Notes under the pieces: model-generated
What the model saw: only the letters and a program-made list of their open reading frames with translations
Told to the model about the DNA's origin: nothing
Database searches by the model: none
Part shown: in pieces, positions 26,464 to 32,000 of the stretch
Layout of the letters: every line of letters starts with the position of its first letter
How positions within the stretch are numbered: the first letter of the stretch is position 1
Translations under genes and position numbers: made by a program
Assembly (NCBI RefSeq): GCF_041003625.1
Contig: NZ_CP162987.1
From: Escherichia coli
GTDB lineage: Bacteria; Pseudomonadota; Gammaproteobacteria; Enterobacterales; Enterobacteriaceae
Direction: 5' to 3' (one strand)
DNA: 32,000 nt

Positions 26464-27515
26464 AATCCCAGCACCAGTTGTCTTTCCATTTGCGGGTCAA
26501 GCAACGTCACATGCAGCCCCACCAGTCGCACACCGCGCCCGCCGCGGCGTTCATCCCAGGTTTTACGCGCGGTGGCGATTAAGTCAGCTTTATTCAGCCG
26601 CGGCCAGACGTGCTCCTGAGTGGTTTGCTGAAAATCGTCGAACTTTAATTTCACCCCCTGGCGAGCAATCAGTAAATCAGGTTTCACCTTTGCCAGACGG
26701 CGTTCAAGTTCCGGATACAGCCGCTCGATAATCGCTTCACATTCAGACCAGTGGTGGATATCTTCCGCCATCGTGCGTTCCACGCCGACGGATTTTCGCA
26801 ACCGTTCGCTGTTAACGTCGCGCTCGTCAATCCCCTGACTACGCTCCCACAAAATGCGGCCAAATTTGCCAAAGCGTTTAAGCAGCATCACCAGATCACA
26901 CTTTTGTACATCACCGCAGGTTCGTAGCCCCATCGCTTCCAGTTTTGCCGCCGAGACTTTGCCGACGCCGGGGATTTTTGCCAGTGGTAAGGTTTGTAAA
27001 AATGCCGGAACTTCTGCCGGCGTAATCACAAACTGACCGTTGGGTTTATTCATGTCGGAGGCGATTTTGGCGAGAAACTTTACTGGTGCCACGCCCGCAG
27101 ATGCCGTCAGTTGCAGCTCGTTGAAAATCGTCTGGCGGATTTCCTGGGCGATGAGGGTCGCAGAACCGTGGCAATGGACGCTATCGGTGACATCGAGATA
27201 AGCCTCATCCAGTGACAACGGTTCAATGCGCGAGGTGTAGCGCGAGAAGATTTCACGGATATGATTTGAGGCTTCTTTGTAGGCGTCAAAGCGCCCCGGA
27301 AGCAAGGTGAGATGTGGGCATAATTTGAGCGCCATCCCAGTAGGCATAGCGCTACGTACGCCAAATTTACGCGCGGGATAATTGGCGGTGCTGATCACCC
27401 CCCGACGTTCGCGGCTGCCGCCAATAGCAATAGGGATATCGCGCAGGGCGGGATTGTCGCGCATCTCCACCGCTGCGAAAAAGCAGTCCATATCCACATG
27501 AATGATTTTACGCAT
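26460..27515 (-). CDS. dinB: DNA polymerase IV
   Basis: 351 aa '[52 protein letters not shown]…'. Confidence 0.98.
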
Positions 27516-27531
27516 TGCTCACCTCTCAATA

Positions 27532-27547
27532 CTGGTAAAGTATACAG
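27532..27547. promoter_or_regulatory. LexA box of dinB
   Basis: CTGGTAAAGTATACAG (CTG-N10-CAG), just upstream of dinB. Confidence 0.85.
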
Positions 27548-27585
27548 TGATTTCAGGGTTTGAGAAATGCGTAAAGATTCAGCAT

Positions 27586-30055
<2,470 letters not shown>

Positions 30056-30159
30056 TGGGGGATTCTTTTCCATGCTTTGCAGCACCTGACACCATTAATT
30101 GACGTCACACTGCAAAGAGACTACGATGACACCATACAATGACGTCATGGATTGATAGT

Positions 30160-30438
30160 ATGATTAAGGTCAGCGCGCTAGGTTCTCGTCATAGAAAAAC
30201 ATTCGACGATGTAATGACGGAGCCGCCAAAATCTGGAATTAAATGGGATGATGTTGTTGCACTCATTAAAGCTTTGGGTGGAACAATAAAAAATAACAAC
30301 GGCTCCAGACGAAAATTTCAGATTGGAACGACCAAATTCAGCACACATGAGCCACATCCAAAGAATGTGATGGATAAAGGCGCAGTAGCAGGTCTTAAGG
30401 AGTGGTTTGTTAACTGTGTAGGGGTAGATTATGAATAA
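30160..30438 (+). CDS. HicA-like toxin
   Basis: 'SGIKWDDVVALIKALGGTIKNNNGSRRKFQIGTTKFSTHEPHPKNVMDKGAVAGLKEWF'; start could also be 30139. Confidence 0.7.
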   Translation: MIKVSALGSRHRKTFDDVMTEPPKSGIKWDDVVALIKALGGTIKNNNGSRRKFQIGTTKFSTHEPHPKNVMDKGAVAGLKEWFVNCVGVDYE

Positions 30439-30787
30439 AGCATCGAACATTATCACAATTAAAGGTCAACCAGCCGCAGTGACATTTGAAGCCGATATCA
30501 ACGCATTTCGCGGCAAGTTCCTCAATGTAAACGGTTATTGTGACTTTGTAGCCACAAGTATTGAGGCATTATATCGTGAAGGCGAAAGCGCGCTGGATGA
30601 GTGGATGGCGGATTGTGAAGAGGACGGTATTGCCCCTTTTCGTGAAGAAGAAGAGCAAAAACGCCTGACGCTTCGTGTTCCTCATCACATTGATTCGCGG
30701 CTGACCATCGTCGCCAGACAACATTCCATTTCAAAAAACCAGCTCATTGTTGATGTCTTAGAACGTGAGTTTTCAGCCCAGATGTAA
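30431..30787 (+). CDS. HicB-like antitoxin
   Basis: 118 aa, HicB-like 'DINAFRGKFLNVNGYCDFVATSIEALYREGESALDEWM' with a C-terminal RHH/HTH-like segment; overlaps hicA. Confidence 0.8.
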   Translation: MNKASNIITIKGQPAAVTFEADINAFRGKFLNVNGYCDFVATSIEALYREGESALDEWMADCEEDGIAPFREEEEQKRLTLRVPHHIDSRLTIVARQHSISKNQLIVDVLEREFSAQM

Positions 30788-30843
30788 ACAGGTCGGATGC
30801 CGCGTGGCATCCGACCTTTTGCCAGTTCGTCAATATTACCCAT

Positions 30844-31593
30844 TTACAAAATCGTCTCTTCCGTCAATATCCGCCGCGCGCCTAAAAAGTGATCCTGCCA
30901 GAAAGGTTCAGCTAACCGACTTACCCGAATGGTTTCCCCGGTGCGCGGTGACTCAATAAACTGACCGTCGCCCAGATACACCCCCATATGGTCGGCAATC
31001 TCGCGGCTGTGGATATGGAAAAATAGCAAATCTCCCCGGCGCAGGTCGTTATTCGCCACAATCGTTGCCCGATGGTAGTGATACATCTCGTTGGCCGTGC
31101 GTGGGAGCTTCGCCTCAAGGATCTTGTTGTAGGCATAAAAAACTAACCCGCTACAGTCGAAGCCTTGATCGGGCCGCGTACCGCCCCAGACGTAAGGCTT
31201 GCCAAGCTGTTGCTCCAGACGGTGAATCGCTACTTCGGTGATGTTATGCAGATGGTCGCTGCTTAAGAAATGGTTGTTTTCCGCCAGCGCCTGCCAGCGT
31301 CTGTCACTCGCCTTGAGCGGCGCAGGAAACCATTCTGGATGCTGTTTTATCTGTTCGCGGTTGTGCTGGCGTAGCGCCCTTCTGCTTTCGGCATTGCCTT
31401 CCACAATATAGCTGGCCTGTTTTTTCAGATGGGTTTGGTACTGTTTTAATAAACGCGCACGATTTTGCATCCGCTGGCGGGCGGCGTAGCTGAAAGTGAT
31501 ATGTGATGTGGTGGCGCTGGCAAATGAAGAAAACGGCAAGCAAAGCAACAGTAATCCCGACAACACAAAAGAGGGAATCGACGGCAAGGACAT
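30844..31593 (-). CDS. yafL: C40 (NlpC/P60) family peptidase YafL
   Basis: 'MSLPSIPSFVLSGLLLLCLPFSSFA…QLGKPYVWGGTRPDQGFDCSGLVFYAY…'. Confidence 0.93.
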   Translation of the reverse strand: MSLPSIPSFVLSGLLLLCLPFSSFASATTSHITFSYAARQRMQNRARLLKQYQTHLKKQASYIVEGNAESRRALRQHNREQIKQHPEWFPAPLKASDRRWQALAENNHFLSSDHLHNITEVAIHRLEQQLGKPYVWGGTRPDQGFDCSGLVFYAYNKILEAKLPRTANEMYHYHRATIVANNDLRRGDLLFFHIHSREIADHMGVYLGDGQFIESPRTGETIRVSRLAEPFWQDHFLGARRILTEETIL

Positions 31594-31770
31594 ACTCAAT
31601 AATGGCTGATCATGCATTGATGTTGCAGTGTATCCCGGCCCGTACCTGAACAAACTTAATAAACCATTATTATAAAATTAATAAATATATTTCAGTTAAT
31701 TATGTAAAAACATCCGTTTATTAAATTACTCATGGATTGTCGCTGTTGCTCATTTGAGCTACAATTCAAG

Positions 31771-31786
31771 CTGAATAAATATACAG
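31771..31786. promoter_or_regulatory. LexA box upstream of dinJ
   Basis: CTGAATAAATATACAG (CTG-N10-CAG). Confidence 0.8.
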
Positions 31787-31802
31787 CACAGGAGATACCC
31801 CA

Positions 31803-32000
31803 ATGGCTGCTAACGCATTTGTTCGCGCCCGAATCGATGAAGATCTGAAGAATCAGGCGGCGGACGTACTGGCCGGGATGGGGCTGACCATCTCTGACCT
31901 GGTTCGCATAACCCTCACAAAGGTCGCGCGTGAAAAGGCATTGCCGTTTGATTTACGCGAGCCTAATCAATTAACCATTCAATCAATCAAAAACAGCGAA
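31803..32000 (+). CDS. dinJ: Antitoxin DinJ (partial at window edge)
   Basis: 'MAANAFVRARIDEDLKNQAADVLAGMGLTISDLVRITLTKVAREKALPFDLREPNQLTIQSIKNSE…'. Confidence 0.95.
   Translation, partial: MAANAFVRARIDEDLKNQAADVLAGMGLTISDLVRITLTKVAREKALPFDLREPNQLTIQSIKNSE

Overview
The window holds an accessory element (about 1-16046, left end outside the window) integrated in thrW (tRNA-Thr, minus strand), followed by E. coli-type backbone in reverse orientation to K-12: proA, proB, phoE, crl, frsA, gpt, pepD, prfH, rtcB-like, yafP, dinB, a lafU/lfhA remnant, hicAB, yafL and partial dinJ. The element combines a P4-like satellite core (tyrosine integrase, AlpA, AntA/AntB-type antirepressor, Ash/Icd-like, alpha-type primase-helicase, two iteron clusters) with two genes resembling P22-type DNA ejection proteins, an opposite-strand membrane protein where P22 carries sieA, and an Abi_2/HEPN gene. 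The most striking signal is the untranslated leader between int and alpA (about 14181-14580). On the operon-sense (minus) strand it is a dense array of about 13 small hairpins interleaved with boxA motifs (TGCTCTTTAACA twice, plus variants). Four hairpins match lambdoid N-binding boxB elements as I recall them: GCCCTGAAAAAGGGC (lambda nutR type, exact), GCCCTGGAGAAGGGC (one base from lambda nutL), GCGCTGACAAAGCGC (P22 type, exact) and TCGCTGACAAAGCGC (P22 type, outer pair changed). I propose a multi-specificity antitermination receiver or N/Nus decoy that senses helper or invading lambdoid phages. All functional claims here are inference; motif matches were made by eye and memory, with no database search.
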